From the NCBI GenBank assembly GCA_050734135.1, contig JBOHUG010000016.1, positions 6,532 through 70,531 on the forward strand: DNA of 64,000 bases, written 5' to 3'. This document shows, piece after piece, positions 15,414 through 25,731 of the stretch. Positions within the stretch are counted from its first letter, which is position 1. Each line of letters starts with the position of its first letter. Both the position numbers and the translations under genes were made by a program. A model generated the notes under the pieces. It saw nothing but the letters and a program-made list of their open reading frames with translations. It was not told the DNA's origin and ran no database searches. This DNA is from Candidatus Dormibacteria bacterium. Lineage in GTDB: Bacteria > Chloroflexota > Dormibacteria > Aeolococcales > Bog-877.

Positions 15414-16619
15414 ATGGAGGTGAGCGTGCGCTTTGCCACCCGGATGGAGCGGCTCGGGACTGAGAGCGCTTTCGAGGTCCTCGCCCACGCCCGGCGCTTG
15501 GAGGCCCAGGGTCATCCGATGATCCACCTGGAGATTGGCGAGCCAGACTTCTCAACTCCCGCCAACATCATCGAGGCGGCCCACCGGGCAATGCAGCACG
15601 GGGCCACTCACTACACCCCGGCGGCGGGGCTGCCCCAGGTCCGCGAAGCGATCGCCAGGGAGATGCAACACCGCGGCGGAGTCGACGTCAGTCCGGCCCA
15701 GGTAGTGGTGGTGCCGGGCTCCAAGAACGTCCTCTACTTCGCCCTGCTGGCCCTGATTGAGCCCGGGGACGAGGTGATCCTCCCCGACCCCGGCTACCCG
15801 GTCTACCGCTCCCTGACCGATTTCGTAGGCGCCGTCGCCAAGCCGGTCGCGATCCGAGAGGAGAACGACTTCCGGATGGATCTCGACGAAGTGGCGCGAG
15901 CGATCACTCCCAAGACTCGGATGATCATCATCAACTCCCCTCAGAATCCGACCGGTGGTGTGCTCACCGAGTCGGATCTCGACCGCCTCGCAGATCTGTC
16001 CGAACGCCATGACCTCTGGATCGTCAGCGACGAGATCTACTCGGAGATCTGCTTCCAGGATCTGCCCAAGCCAATCTGGTCGCGCCCGGGGCTCGCGCAA
16101 CGGACCATCATCATGGACGGGCTCTCCAAGACCTACGCGATGTGCGGCTGGCGACTGGGCTACGGGGTGATGCCGGAGGCCCTCGCTGAGCGCATGGCGA
16201 CCCTGCTTATCAACACCAGTGCCTGCGCGGCCGCCTTCACCCAGCTGGCGGTCATCGAGGCGCTCGAGGCGCCAGAGTCCCAGGTGGAGGTACAGCGGAT
16301 GGTGGCCGCCTTCCGGCGCCGGCGCGACACCATCGTGACCGGCCTCAACGCCATTCCTGGATTCCGCTGCCATCTCCCAGCGGCCTCGTTCTACGCGTTC
16401 CCCAACATCACCGAGACCGGCATCTCCAGTCGGGAGTTGGCTCGCCGTTTGCTGGAGGAGGCGGGAGTCGCAGCTCTGGCGGGAGAAGCGTTCGGGGAGA
16501 ATGGCCAAGGTCATCTGCGCTTCGCCTACACCGTCAGCGAGACTCAGCTGGAACAAGCCCTGAAACAGATCGCCAGCTTTATCAAAACCGCCTCCCCGAC
16601 CGCAGTCGGGTCGCGCTAG
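15414..16619 (+). CDS. pyridoxal-phosphate-dependent aminotransferase, class I (aspartate aminotransferase-like)
   Basis: 401-aa ORF with IGEPDF.TP, NSPQNPTGGV and the LSKTYAMCGWRLGY PLP-lysine motif. Confidence 0.85.
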   Translation: MEVSVRFATRMERLGTESAFEVLAHARRLEAQGHPMIHLEIGEPDFSTPANIIEAAHRAMQHGATHYTPAAGLPQVREAIAREMQHRGGVDVSPAQVVVVPGSKNVLYFALLALIEPGDEVILPDPGYPVYRSLTDFVGAVAKPVAIREENDFRMDLDEVARAITPKTRMIIINSPQNPTGGVLTESDLDRLADLSERHDLWIVSDEIYSEICFQDLPKPIWSRPGLAQRTIIMDGLSKTYAMCGWRLGYGVMPEALAERMATLLINTSACAAAFTQLAVIEALEAPESQVEVQRMVAAFRRRRDTIVTGLNAIPGFRCHLPAASFYAFPNITETGISSRELARRLLEEAGVAALAGEAFGENGQGHLRFAYTVSETQLEQALKQIASFIKTASPTAVGSR

Positions 16620-16623
16620 CCCC

Positions 16624-17403
16624 ATGGCCCGCGCCGACGCCGCTGCCCGCCCGGCGGTTCTGGTACCAGCGCAGGCCTCATTCAAAATCCGCCCCGGGGG
16701 TGGGAGCCAACTGGTGCAATCGCTCAACCGTGCCTACGTGGCCGCGCTCCAGTCGGTCGGGCTGGCTCCGGTCCTAATCCCCACCCGAGGAACCTTGCCC
16801 GGCGACCTCTCCTGGGCCAGCGGACTGGTACTCCCGGGCGGACCTGATGTCGACCCGCTGCGCTACGGTCAGGATCTCGATCCCACCACCGAGCCCGACC
16901 CGGAGAGCGACCAGCTGGATTTCGCACTTCTGGACTGGGCCCTCCGCGAGGGGATCCCGGTATTGGCCATCTGTCGCGGCTTGCAGGTGCTCAACGTGGC
17001 CTTGGGGGGGAGCTTGATCCAGGATCTGCCGGGTCATTACCCGGAGGCCAACCCGGAGGCACCCCGGCCCCGCGACCAGGCCGTCCACTCCGTGAAAATC
17101 CAGCGCACCTCTCAGTTGGAGAGGATCGTCGGGACGGACACCCTCCAGGTCAACAGCATGCACCACCAGGGAATTGATCAACTCGCCCCCCGGCTGGTGG
17201 CGACAGGCTGGTCTCCCGACGGGTTGGTGGAGGCGGTCGAGATTCCCGGCGACCGGTTCGTGTTGGGGGTGCAGTACCACCCCGAGGAGCTGGCGCCTGA
17301 GGACTCGGCCGCCAAAGCGATCTTTTCCGCCTTCGCCGACGCCTGCCGTCGGGAACTTCCGACCAGTGACAGAGCCCCCGCAGAACTGGTGAACTCCGCC
17401 TAG
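16624..17403 (+). CDS. class I glutamine amidotransferase / gamma-glutamyl hydrolase (peptidase C26-like)
   Basis: LAICRGLQVLNVALGGSL (nucleophile Cys), ...SMHHQGID..., GVQYHPE. Confidence 0.8.
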   Translation: MARADAAARPAVLVPAQASFKIRPGGGSQLVQSLNRAYVAALQSVGLAPVLIPTRGTLPGDLSWASGLVLPGGPDVDPLRYGQDLDPTTEPDPESDQLDFALLDWALREGIPVLAICRGLQVLNVALGGSLIQDLPGHYPEANPEAPRPRDQAVHSVKIQRTSQLERIVGTDTLQVNSMHHQGIDQLAPRLVATGWSPDGLVEAVEIPGDRFVLGVQYHPEELAPEDSAAKAIFSAFADACRRELPTSDRAPAELVNSA

Positions 17404-17412
17404 TTCAGCCGC

Positions 17413-18573
17413 TCAGCCGGCGAGAGCTGGCTCGCCCTCCAGTTCCGGAATCCCCTCGGGCAGCGGCTCGCCGGCCGCGATCAGGCGAGCATCTTCGGTG
17501 GCGATCTTATCCAGCTCCATGACCAGGGCCGCCACCAGCTCCGCCTCCGGCATGGTGGCGATTACCTTGCCCTTGCGATAGAGGATTCCCTTCTTCTGAC
17601 CGCCGGCGATGCCGATATCCGCGTGCATTCCCTCGCCGGGTCCGTTGACCACGCAACCCATCACCGAGACGTTGATGGGCCGCTTTACCCTCTTCAGCGC
17701 CTCCTCCACCTCGGCCACCATGGGCACCATGTTGATCTCCAGGCGGCCACAGGTCGGGCAGGCAATCAGATTGGGTCCGCTGGGCTTCTCCTGAAGGTTG
17801 GCCAGAATCTGGCGGGCCACCCGCACCTCCTCCTCGGGCTCGTCGACCAAGGAGACCCTGATGGTGTCCCCAATCCCCTCGGCGAGCAGGATGCCGATCC
17901 CCATGGCGCTCTTGATGGAGCCGGTCTTGGTGGGTCCGGACTCGGTGAGTCCCAGATGGAGCGGGTAGCGGTTTTTGAGGCCGGCGAAGAGCCGATTGGC
18001 GGCGATGTTGGTGAGCACGTCGCTGGCTTTGAGGCTGACCTTGATGTCTTCGAATCCGACCTCCTCCAGCAGCTTGATGTGACCCAGGGCGGCGTCCACC
18101 ATCCGTTGGGCCACGTCTGGGATTCCGCCTTCGCCGCGGCCCCCGGCCAGCTTCTTGCGGTCGGGCAGACTGCCCGCATTGACCCCGACCCGGATCGGCA
18201 CCCCGAGGGCCTGGCAGCGGCGGGCGATCTCGGAGATCTTCTCGGGCTGCCGAATGTTGCCCGGATTGAGTCGCAAGCATTGGATCCCAGCGTCCAAAGC
18301 CATCAGGGCCAGGGGAGCGTCGTAGTGAATGTCGGCCACGATCGGCAGCCGACTGCCCTTCACGATCTCCCTTAGGGTCTCCCCCGCTTCCTTGGTGTCG
18401 CAGGTGACCCGGATGATGTCGGCCCCGGCGTCGGCGGCGCGGGCGATCTGCTCCAGGGTCCCCTTGACATCCTCGGTGGGCGTCTTGGTCATGGTCTGGA
18501 CGCTGATCGGGGCGGCCCCCCCGATTACTACCGAGCCGACCTTGATCGGCCGAGTCTTGCGCCGCTCAATCAT
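17413..18573 (-). CDS. ispG: 4-hydroxy-3-methylbut-2-en-1-yl diphosphate synthase
   Basis: 386-aa ORF with RRKTRPIKVG.V.IGG.APISVQTMT and the C-terminal CPTCGR...GCVVNGPGE Fe-S motifs. Confidence 0.95.
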   Translation of the reverse strand: MIERRKTRPIKVGSVVIGGAAPISVQTMTKTPTEDVKGTLEQIARAADAGADIIRVTCDTKEAGETLREIVKGSRLPIVADIHYDAPLALMALDAGIQCLRLNPGNIRQPEKISEIARRCQALGVPIRVGVNAGSLPDRKKLAGGRGEGGIPDVAQRMVDAALGHIKLLEEVGFEDIKVSLKASDVLTNIAANRLFAGLKNRYPLHLGLTESGPTKTGSIKSAMGIGILLAEGIGDTIRVSLVDEPEEEVRVARQILANLQEKPSGPNLIACPTCGRLEINMVPMVAEVEEALKRVKRPINVSVMGCVVNGPGEGMHADIGIAGGQKKGILYRKGKVIATMPEAELVAALVMELDKIATEDARLIAAGEPLPEGIPELEGEPALAG

Positions 18574-19823
18574 CGAGAGAGATTTGTGATGTCGCCGTAG
18601 GTGACATAGAGGAAGAGCATCGCTATCAAGGCTAACCCAACCGCGTGCACGGCGGCCTCGACCCGGGGATTGATGCGCCGCCGCCGTCCCATCTCCAAAA
18701 GCACGAAGAACAGCCGCCCGCCGTCCAGGAAGGGGATTGGCAAGAGATTGAAGAGGCCCAGGTTCACCGAGATCAGCGCCATCAGCGTCAGGTAGGTGCT
18801 GGGACCAATCTGGGTGGCCACGGAGGTCTCCTCGGCAATCCCCACCGGTCCCGAGAGCCGCAGGTCAGAGGGGTGATCGGGGCTGATCAGCTTCCACAGA
18901 TTGACGAAGGTCGACCCGATCTCGCTGGGCACCGTGTAAAAACCGGTCGCCAGAGCCGGGAAGATGGGCATTGGCGGGCCACCCAGGCTGGGAACCAAAA
19001 GATTCCCCTCGGAAGCGATGTACCCCACCAGCCACTCCACCTGGAGCTGATTGCGCTTGACCACAACCGTGCCCGACTGCCCTTTCGCGGTCCGGTAGGA
19101 GACTCGGAGCGGACCCCGGTCAGAGACCGCCTTAGCCATTTTCGCCGGGGTGGCGTGGGGGCTCGGTCTCCCATTGATGGCGGTGATGGTGGCCTCGACG
19201 GGGATCTTTGGGCTCCCGTTGAGTCCGACCCAGTGCAGTTGGGGAGTGACGGTCACCTCCCGGGTCGGTCCACCGTTCCACGGCTTGAGGCCGACCTGGA
19301 GCGGTTGACCCCGGTCGGCTTGAATTCGACTTCGAATTGTTAGGAGACCGGTGGTGCGGTGATTCCCGATGGAGACCACCTGATAGTCGCCCTTCACCCC
19401 CGCCCCGGCGAGGGCGCCTCCGGATTCGATCTGGGGGGAGGGGCCCCCAACCACCGCCACCCCGGTGAAGAGAGCTCCCGCCAGGATCATGTTCATCAGA
19501 CCGCCAGCGGCCAGGGTTAGGGCCTTGCGCCCATTGCTGGCCTTGATGAAGCCGCGGTCACCACCATCGTTGGGCGGAGATTCCAACCCAGTCATCCCCG
19601 CCATACGGACGTAGCCTCCCAGCGGCAGTAGCCGAAGCGAGTAGCGCGTCTCCCCGCGCATCCGGCTCGCCAGCCGAGGACCAAACCCGATCGAGAATTC
19701 CTGGACCATGATCCCGGCCCGCTTGGCGATCACGAAGTGGCCCAGCTCGTGGATGGCAACGACCACCAAGAGCATCAGGATGATGCCGCCGACGGTCTGC
19801 CAAGTGAGGACGAAACCGTCCAT
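18570..19823 (-). CDS. rseP: RIP metalloprotease RseP (M50 site-2 protease)
   Basis: HELGHFVIAKRAG (HExxH) in TM1, a central PDZ-like region and the C-terminal NLLPIPFLDGG. Confidence 0.85.
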   Translation of the reverse strand: MDGFVLTWQTVGGIILMLLVVVAIHELGHFVIAKRAGIMVQEFSIGFGPRLASRMRGETRYSLRLLPLGGYVRMAGMTGLESPPNDGGDRGFIKASNGRKALTLAAGGLMNMILAGALFTGVAVVGGPSPQIESGGALAGAGVKGDYQVVSIGNHRTTGLLTIRSRIQADRGQPLQVGLKPWNGGPTREVTVTPQLHWVGLNGSPKIPVEATITAINGRPSPHATPAKMAKAVSDRGPLRVSYRTAKGQSGTVVVKRNQLQVEWLVGYIASEGNLLVPSLGGPPMPIFPALATGFYTVPSEIGSTFVNLWKLISPDHPSDLRLSGPVGIAEETSVATQIGPSTYLTLMALISVNLGLFNLLPIPFLDGGRLFFVLLEMGRRRRINPRVEAAVHAVGLALIAMLFLYVTYGDITNLSR

Positions 19824-20975
19824 CTACACCGGCACCGGCCCAAGTCGCGGTTGACCGACCAGCTCCTGGGTTTGCCGGCGCGCCCAGTGATCGGCCGCCA
19901 GTAGCTGCTCCAGTCCGAGGCTCGGCGGTGGCTCGAACGAGCGGGTAACCTGCTCGACCACTCTGGCGATCTCCATGAAGGGTAGCTTTCCCTCCAGGAA
20001 CGCCGCGACGGCCACCTCATTCGCCGCGTTCATCACCGCCGGGGCCGCGCCCCCAACCCGCCCGGCGTTGCGCACGACCTGGAGGGCGGGATAGCGCGCC
20101 GGATCAACCTCCTGAAAGTCCAGTCGGCCCAGCTCCGCCAGCTGCAGGGGGCTCACCACCCCTGGCAACCGCACCCCGTCGCTGAGGGCCAGCGCGATCG
20201 GGGCTCGCATGTCCGCGACTCCCAGCTGGGCGATCATGGTGCCGTCGCGGAACTCGACTGCTGAGTGAACAGCACTCTGGGGATGGATCAGGACGTCGAT
20301 CCGCTCGTAGGGAATGTCGAACAGGAAGTGGGCTTCGATCACCTCCAGCCCCTTGTTGATCATGGTGGCGGTGTCTACGGTCACCTTCTGGCCCATCCGC
20401 CAGTTGGGATGGGCCAGGGCCTGCTCGGGGGTGACCTTGCCGAGCTCGGCAAGCGGCAGGGAGCGCAAGGCACCCCCACTCGCGGTCAGGATCAGCCGCC
20501 GCACGCTCTCGATGCGCTCCCCGCGCAGACACTGCCAGATGGCGCTGTGCTCGCTGTCCACCGGGACGATGCGGGCGCCGTTCTGCTTGGCTGTCTCGGT
20601 GACCAGTTCCCCCGCCATCACCAGGACTTCCTTGGTTGCCAGCGCCACCAAGCGCCCGGCTCGGCAGGCAGCCAGCGTCGGCAGCAGGGCACCCGCCCCA
20701 CCACCGCCGATCAGGACCACGTCGGCGTCCCCCGACTCCGCTAGGTGCGAGGCGGCCTCGATCCCCACCAGGACGCCCGGCGGGGGCGGTCGGTCCGGGT
20801 TGATCAGGACCGCCGTCGCCTCTGGGAACGGAGCCAGAGCCGCCTGCAGGGCCCTGGTCCGATGGCCCGCCACCGCACCTACCAACAGAAAATGCTCGGG
20901 GAAGCGGGAGATGATCTCCAGAGCCTGCGCCCCGATCGACCCGGTGGCCCCGATCACCACTACCCGCGTCGGCAT
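19824..20975 (-). CDS. dxr: 1-deoxy-D-xylulose-5-phosphate reductoisomerase
   Basis: VVVIGATGSIG..., LATKE, DSEHSAIWQCL, HPNW.MG.K.TVD. Confidence 0.95.
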   Translation of the reverse strand: MPTRVVVIGATGSIGAQALEIISRFPEHFLLVGAVAGHRTRALQAALAPFPEATAVLINPDRPPPPGVLVGIEAASHLAESGDADVVLIGGGGAGALLPTLAACRAGRLVALATKEVLVMAGELVTETAKQNGARIVPVDSEHSAIWQCLRGERIESVRRLILTASGGALRSLPLAELGKVTPEQALAHPNWRMGQKVTVDTATMINKGLEVIEAHFLFDIPYERIDVLIHPQSAVHSAVEFRDGTMIAQLGVADMRAPIALALSDGVRLPGVVSPLQLAELGRLDFQEVDPARYPALQVVRNAGRVGGAAPAVMNAANEVAVAAFLEGKLPFMEIARVVEQVTRSFEPPPSLGLEQLLAADHWARRQTQELVGQPRLGPVPV

Positions 20976-21040
20976 TGATCGAGCCTCCGATGTGAGCCCG
21001 GCGCATCCACCTTACGGGGCGCGGCCGGTGGTAGGGGTGT

Positions 21041-21853
21041 TCAGAACGCGTGCATCGCCCCCAAAAGCGAGTATACGACCGCCCCAACGAAGATCAGACT
21101 GTCCATCCGATCTAACACCCCGCCGTGGCCGGGGAGCAGTCGCCCGGAGTCCTTCACCCCCACCTCGCGCTTCAGCTGGGACTCCACCAGATCTCCGGCG
21201 ATGGCTGCCAAGGCGGCCAGGAACCCGACCAGGAAGGCCGCCGGAGTCCCGATCCGGGGCAGCGCCAAGGGGAGCAGGAGACCGACCACCAAAGTGGGGG
21301 CGACCAGTGCCGCCAGGGCGCCTTCCCAGGTCTTGCGGGGACTGATTCGGGCGAAGAAGGGATGGGTCCCAAAACGTGAACCCACCAGGTAGGCCAGGGT
21401 GTCGCCCACGACGGATATCCCGACCGTCAGAAGGATCACTTCGGCGGCCCTGGGCCGGGAGGCGATGCCGTGATAGAGCAGGAGCAGAAAGCCGGGACAG
21501 AAGCCGAGCCAGGCGGCCCCACCCACCGCCAGCGCCCAGCTCTGAAAAGGTCGGGACTGCGGCGCGAACCGCAGGGAGAGGGCCAGCCCGACCAACACCG
21601 CGATGAGCAGAAAGAGCTCGGCCTGAGGGAGATCGGGGTAGGCGTAGCGAAACAGCCAGAACGCCGCCAGCCCGAAAAGCAGGATTGGGTCGACGCCGAT
21701 CCCAGCTCCGCGCCAGAGCTGCCAGTACTCCCAGAGGCCTACGCTCACGACCAGAGCAACGAAGGCGTCCACGAACGGATCCCCCAACCAGAGGGCTCCC
21801 AGAAACAGGCCGAGCAAGACCACCCCGCTGGCGGTCCGCACCGCGAGCTTCAC
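21041..21853 (-). CDS. cdsA: phosphatidate cytidylyltransferase
   Basis: 270-aa polytopic ORF with the C-terminal signature SQLKREVGVKDSGRLLPGHGGVLDRMDSL. Confidence 0.85.
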   Translation of the reverse strand: MKLAVRTASGVVLLGLFLGALWLGDPFVDAFVALVVSVGLWEYWQLWRGAGIGVDPILLFGLAAFWLFRYAYPDLPQAELFLLIAVLVGLALSLRFAPQSRPFQSWALAVGGAAWLGFCPGFLLLLYHGIASRPRAAEVILLTVGISVVGDTLAYLVGSRFGTHPFFARISPRKTWEGALAALVAPTLVVGLLLPLALPRIGTPAAFLVGFLAALAAIAGDLVESQLKREVGVKDSGRLLPGHGGVLDRMDSLIFVGAVVYSLLGAMHAF

Positions 21854-22563
21854 CGCTGCTCCAGCACCCCACCGAAGCGCCGGACCCGGGCGGCGTACTC
21901 CGCCAGCGCCGCCCTGAGATCAGCAGCGTCGAAGTCGGGCCAGCAGGTCTCGGTCACGTAAAGCTCGGCATAGGCGGCCTGCCAGATCAGAAAGTTGCTG
22001 GTACGCATCTCGCCAGCGGTTCGAATGATCAGGTCGGGATCCGGCAGCCCGGCAGTGTAGAGGGCGCCCCCCAGCTCGGCCTCCTCCAACCGGCTTAGAT
22101 CGGCTCCGGCGGCCGCCAACTGGCGCACCCCGTCGACGATCTCAGCCCGACCGCCGTAGTTGATGGCAACATTGAGTACCCCGGTCTGGTTTCCAGCGGT
22201 GCGCCGCTCCGCATCCCCGACCAGCTTCTGAAGCCGCGCGGAGAGCTGTTCCCTCCGACCGATCACCCGGATCCGCACGCCATTCTGGTGGAGTTCGTCG
22301 ACCTCCGCCTGCAGGGTCTGCTCGAAAAGCCGCATCAGGGTCGCGACCTCCTGGCGGGGCCGCGACCAGTTCTCGGTCGAGAAGGCGTACAACGTCAGGC
22401 AGTGGACTCCGGCCTCATCGGCCGCCGCCATCACCCGGCGAATCGCCTGAATCCCCGCCCGGTGGCCAGCGCTGCGGCGAAGTCCCCGCTTCCGGGCCCA
22501 GCGCCCGTTGCCGTCCATGATGATCCCGATGTGCCGAGGGAGGGCGGGACTGGGCTCAGCCAT
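21850..22563 (-). CDS. uppS: isoprenyl transferase (undecaprenyl diphosphate synthase family)
   Basis: PRHIGIIMDGNGRWA, LTLYAFSTENW.RP, IRT.GE.R.SNFL.WQ.AY.E. Confidence 0.9.
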   Translation of the reverse strand: MAEPSPALPRHIGIIMDGNGRWARKRGLRRSAGHRAGIQAIRRVMAAADEAGVHCLTLYAFSTENWSRPRQEVATLMRLFEQTLQAEVDELHQNGVRIRVIGRREQLSARLQKLVGDAERRTAGNQTGVLNVAINYGGRAEIVDGVRQLAAAGADLSRLEEAELGGALYTAGLPDPDLIIRTAGEMRTSNFLIWQAAYAELYVTETCWPDFDAADLRAALAEYAARVRRFGGVLEQR

Positions 22564-22584
22564 CCCGGGAGTCTCGGTCGGGGC

Positions 22585-23142
22585 TCAAACCTCCAGCAAC
22601 TCGGCTTCCTTTCGCCGCGCCACCTCCTCTATCTCCTCGACAAACGAGTCCGTGACTTTCTGGAGCTGGACCTGGGCCCGCTGGGCCTGGTCCATCGAGA
22701 TCTCCTTTTCGTGCTCCAGGCCCCGCAGTTGCTCCAGGTCGTCGCGGCGGATGTTGCGCACCGCCACCCGGGCCTCCTCGGCCCGATGCTTGACCATCTG
22801 CACGAACTCCTTGCGCCGCTCCTCGTTGAGGGGCGGTACCGGCAGCCTTATCAGCTGGCCGTCGTTGGCGGGGTTGAGGCCCAGTTCGCTGCGCCGCAGT
22901 ACCTTCTCGATGGCTGCGATGTTGTTCCGGTCCCAGGGTTGGATCAGGAGCAGATGGGCTTCCGGGGCCGAGATGCTGGCGACCTGATTGAGCGGCATGT
23001 GGCTGTCGTACACCTCAACCTGCAGATGCTCGATCAGGGCTGGGCTCGCCCGACCGGTGCGAATGGAGCTCAGCTCTCGCTGCAGCGCGTCGACACTCTT
23101 GGCCATCCGGCGTTGAGTCTCCCGGAGCAGATCGTCACTCAC
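22585..23142 (-). CDS. frr: ribosome recycling factor
   Basis: 185 aa with ...ELSSIRTGRASPALIEHLQVEVY... Confidence 0.95.
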   Translation of the reverse strand: MSDDLLRETQRRMAKSVDALQRELSSIRTGRASPALIEHLQVEVYDSHMPLNQVASISAPEAHLLLIQPWDRNNIAAIEKVLRRSELGLNPANDGQLIRLPVPPLNEERRKEFVQMVKHRAEEARVAVRNIRRDDLEQLRGLEHEKEISMDQAQRAQVQLQKVTDSFVEEIEEVARRKEAELLEV

Positions 23143-23924
23143 GGTGATGGTGCCTGGTCGGAAACCAGCGACCCCACCGCCTCGCCGCGGACCGCCCGGG
23201 CGATGTTGCCGGGGCTGAAGAGGTCAACGACCAGTAGCGGCAGCCGGTTGTCCATGCAGAGCGTGATGGCGGTGTTATCCATCACCTGCAGTCGGAGGTT
23301 GAGCACCTCCATGTAGGTCAGATGAGGTAGTCGAGTGGCGGCGGGATCAACCTCAGGGTCGGCGCTGTAGATACCGTCGACCCGGGTCGCCTTGATAAGT
23401 AGATCGGCCCCGATCTCAGCCGCTCGCAGCGCCGCCGGGGTGTCGGTGGTGAAGAACGGGTTGCCAGACCCCGCGCAGAACACCACCACCCTGCCCTTTT
23501 CCAGGTGGCGGATGGCCCTTCCCCGGATGTACGGTTCCGCAACCTGATGCATCTCGATCGCGGTCAGCACCCGGGTAGGCATGCCATGGGCCTCGAGCGC
23601 GTCCCTGAGCGCCAGGGCATTGATGACTGTGCCCAGCATCCCCATTAGGTCGGCGGTGACTCGATTCATCCCGCGCTGGGCGCCCGCAAGACCGCGGAAG
23701 ATGTTGCCTCCGCCGACCATTACCGCGATCTCGGTACCCAGCGCGTGAGCTCCTTTGAGCTCCTTCGCGACCACATCCAGCACATCGGGGTCGATTCCGA
23801 ACTCGCCGTCGCCGACTAGGGCCTCGCCGCTTATCTTGATCACCACCCGCCGGTAGTGCGGCAGTACCTCTGGCTCGGAGCTCACCGCCGCTCCAGTCAG
23901 TTCGGTGAACGGCTCAAGCGTCAT
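23139..23924 (-). CDS. pyrH: UMP kinase
   Basis: [22 protein letters not shown], and the [12 protein letters not shown]-type C-terminus. A short N-terminal extension makes the start slightly uncertain. Confidence 0.9.
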   Translation of the reverse strand: MTLEPFTELTGAAVSSEPEVLPHYRRVVIKISGEALVGDGEFGIDPDVLDVVAKELKGAHALGTEIAVMVGGGNIFRGLAGAQRGMNRVTADLMGMLGTVINALALRDALEAHGMPTRVLTAIEMHQVAEPYIRGRAIRHLEKGRVVVFCAGSGNPFFTTDTPAALRAAEIGADLLIKATRVDGIYSADPEVDPAATRLPHLTYMEVLNLRLQVMDNTAITLCMDNRLPLLVVDLFSPGNIARAVRGEAVGSLVSDQAPSP

Positions 23925-24552
23925 CCGCTTGACCCCCGTCGGTCAACCCCTTTCCCAGCTCGAAGCGGGCGAAGCGGGAAACGGTTACGTTCTCCTTGGT
24001 GGAGGAGCTCACCTCCTGGATCACCTCGCTGACCCGGCGTGGCTTGGATCCTTCGTCGCGGAGCCAGGCCTGGTCGTAGAGGCATGCCTCCTCATAGAAC
24101 TTGCGAAGCCGACCCTCGACGATCTGGTCCATGCGGTCAGCTGCCTTGCCTTCGCGCTCCGCCTGTTGCCGGTAGACAACCCTCTCCCGCTCCAATTCGA
24201 CAGCTGGGACGGACTCCCGGCTGACCCAGCGCGGCGATCTCCCGGCGATCTGGATCGCCAAGTTGTGCACCAAGGCCTTGAACTCATCGGTGCGGGCCAC
24301 GAAATCGGTCTCGCAGTTAACCTCCACCAGTACCCCGATCCGGCCGTCGTGGATGTACGCGTCTACCTGGCCTTCCCGGGTCTGGCGCCCCGCACGCTTC
24401 TGCGCCGACGCCAGACCTTTGGTCCGAAGGATGTCTCGGGCTCGCTCGAAATCGCCCTCGGCTTCGGTCAGCGCCGCCTTGCAGTCCATGATCCCGGCTC
24501 CGGTCTGCTCCCGAAGCTGGCGGACCATCTCCGCAGGGATCGGCTGACTCAC
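23914..24552 (-). CDS. tsf: translation elongation factor Ts (short form)
   Basis: [19 protein letters not shown] (UBA-like N-terminus), followed by an EF-Ts core. Confidence 0.9.
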   Translation of the reverse strand: MSQPIPAEMVRQLREQTGAGIMDCKAALTEAEGDFERARDILRTKGLASAQKRAGRQTREGQVDAYIHDGRIGVLVEVNCETDFVARTDEFKALVHNLAIQIAGRSPRWVSRESVPAVELERERVVYRQQAEREGKAADRMDQIVEGRLRKFYEEACLYDQAWLRDEGSKPRRVSEVIQEVSSSTKENVTVSRFARFELGKGLTDGGQADDA

Positions 24553-25448
24553 TCCGCCGCTGCCTCGGCCGGAACGGCGGCCCCTTCGGCAGCAGGGGAT
24601 TCGGCTTCCTGGACCCCTGCTGCGCTCGCCTCAGCGGCTGCCGCCTCGGCCTCTCGAGCTACCTCGGCCTCGGCCTCCGCCTTGGAGGCCGCGATCCGGG
24701 CTTCCTCGGCTTGGGCCTGCCGCTCCACTTCCGCCTTCTGAGCCTGGACCAGCTCAATCTGGTGGTGCTCCTCCAGCCCCTCCATCACCGCGTCTACCAG
24801 CCGAGTCACGATCAGCCGAACGCTGCGGATGGCGTCGTCGTTACCGGGGATGACCTGGCTGATCTCTTCGGGATCGCAGTTGGTGTCGGTGATCGCGATG
24901 ATCGGGATCTCCAACTTGCGCGCCTCGGTGACTGCCAGCCGCTCTTTGTGGGGATCGACCACGAACACTGCCGCCGGCAGCCGCTTCATGTTGGTGATAC
25001 CGCCAAAGTTCCGCTCCAGCCGATCCAGCTCGTCGGTACGGCGCCGCTGCTCCTTTTTGCTGAGTGTCGCCAGCACCCCTTTCTCGCGCATCTCCACCAG
25101 CTCGGCCATCCGCTTCAGCTGCCGCTTGACCACCTCGAAATTGGTCAGCATGCCGCCCATCCAACGGTTGACCACAAACGGCTGGCGGCTGCGGTCGCAC
25201 TGCTCCTGAATGGTGTCCTGAGCCTGCTTCTTGGTACCCACGAAGAGAATCTGGCCGCCCTGGGCGACCGTGTCGTGAGCGAATAGGCAGGCCTGATCCA
25301 GCAGATCGACGGTCTGGGACACGTCGATGATGTGAATGCCGCCTTTACTGGCGAAGATGTAGTGCCGCATCTTCGGGTTCCACCGGCTGGTCTGATGCCC
25401 GAAATGGACACCGTTCTGGAGCAGCTCGGTGAGCGTGGCTGCAGGCAT
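24549..25448 (-). CDS. rpsB: 30S ribosomal protein S2 with an Ala/Glu-rich C-terminal tail
   Basis: [19 protein letters not shown]... I place the start at the ATG at 25448, preceded by AGGAGGG. The longer ORF from 25538 has an implausible N-terminus. Confidence 0.9.
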   Translation of the reverse strand: MPAATLTELLQNGVHFGHQTSRWNPKMRHYIFASKGGIHIIDVSQTVDLLDQACLFAHDTVAQGGQILFVGTKKQAQDTIQEQCDRSRQPFVVNRWMGGMLTNFEVVKRQLKRMAELVEMREKGVLATLSKKEQRRRTDELDRLERNFGGITNMKRLPAAVFVVDPHKERLAVTEARKLEIPIIAITDTNCDPEEISQVIPGNDDAIRSVRLIVTRLVDAVMEGLEEHHQIELVQAQKAEVERQAQAEEARIAASKAEAEAEVAREAEAAAAEASAAGVQEAESPAAEGAAVPAEAAAE

Positions 25449-25731
25449 GCTTGCCCTCCTAGGTCGGTTTCCGCCTCTGCCTGGCATCAACCGCCTGCCG
25501 GCCCTCTGAAGGGACCCCGGAAGGCGTCCGCCGGGCATGTGAATTTGTTCGCCGGAGTCATGTTATCCCACGTCGGAGGGCATCCCCGGCTCGCTTCCAA
25601 CCCCACCCCACCTGATCGACCCTCGAATCCGAGTTGGCCCGGGAGCCGGCTCCGGCCGATGACAACTCCGAGCGGAACTCAGCTTCCGCCTAGAGTTAGC
25701 GCACGTGGGCACCTCTTCCCAGGAGAGTGAC

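Noticed and set aside
15552-16727. 391-aa minus-strand ORF
   Set aside because: It is antisense to the class I aminotransferase, whose PLP-lysine and other motifs are clear.
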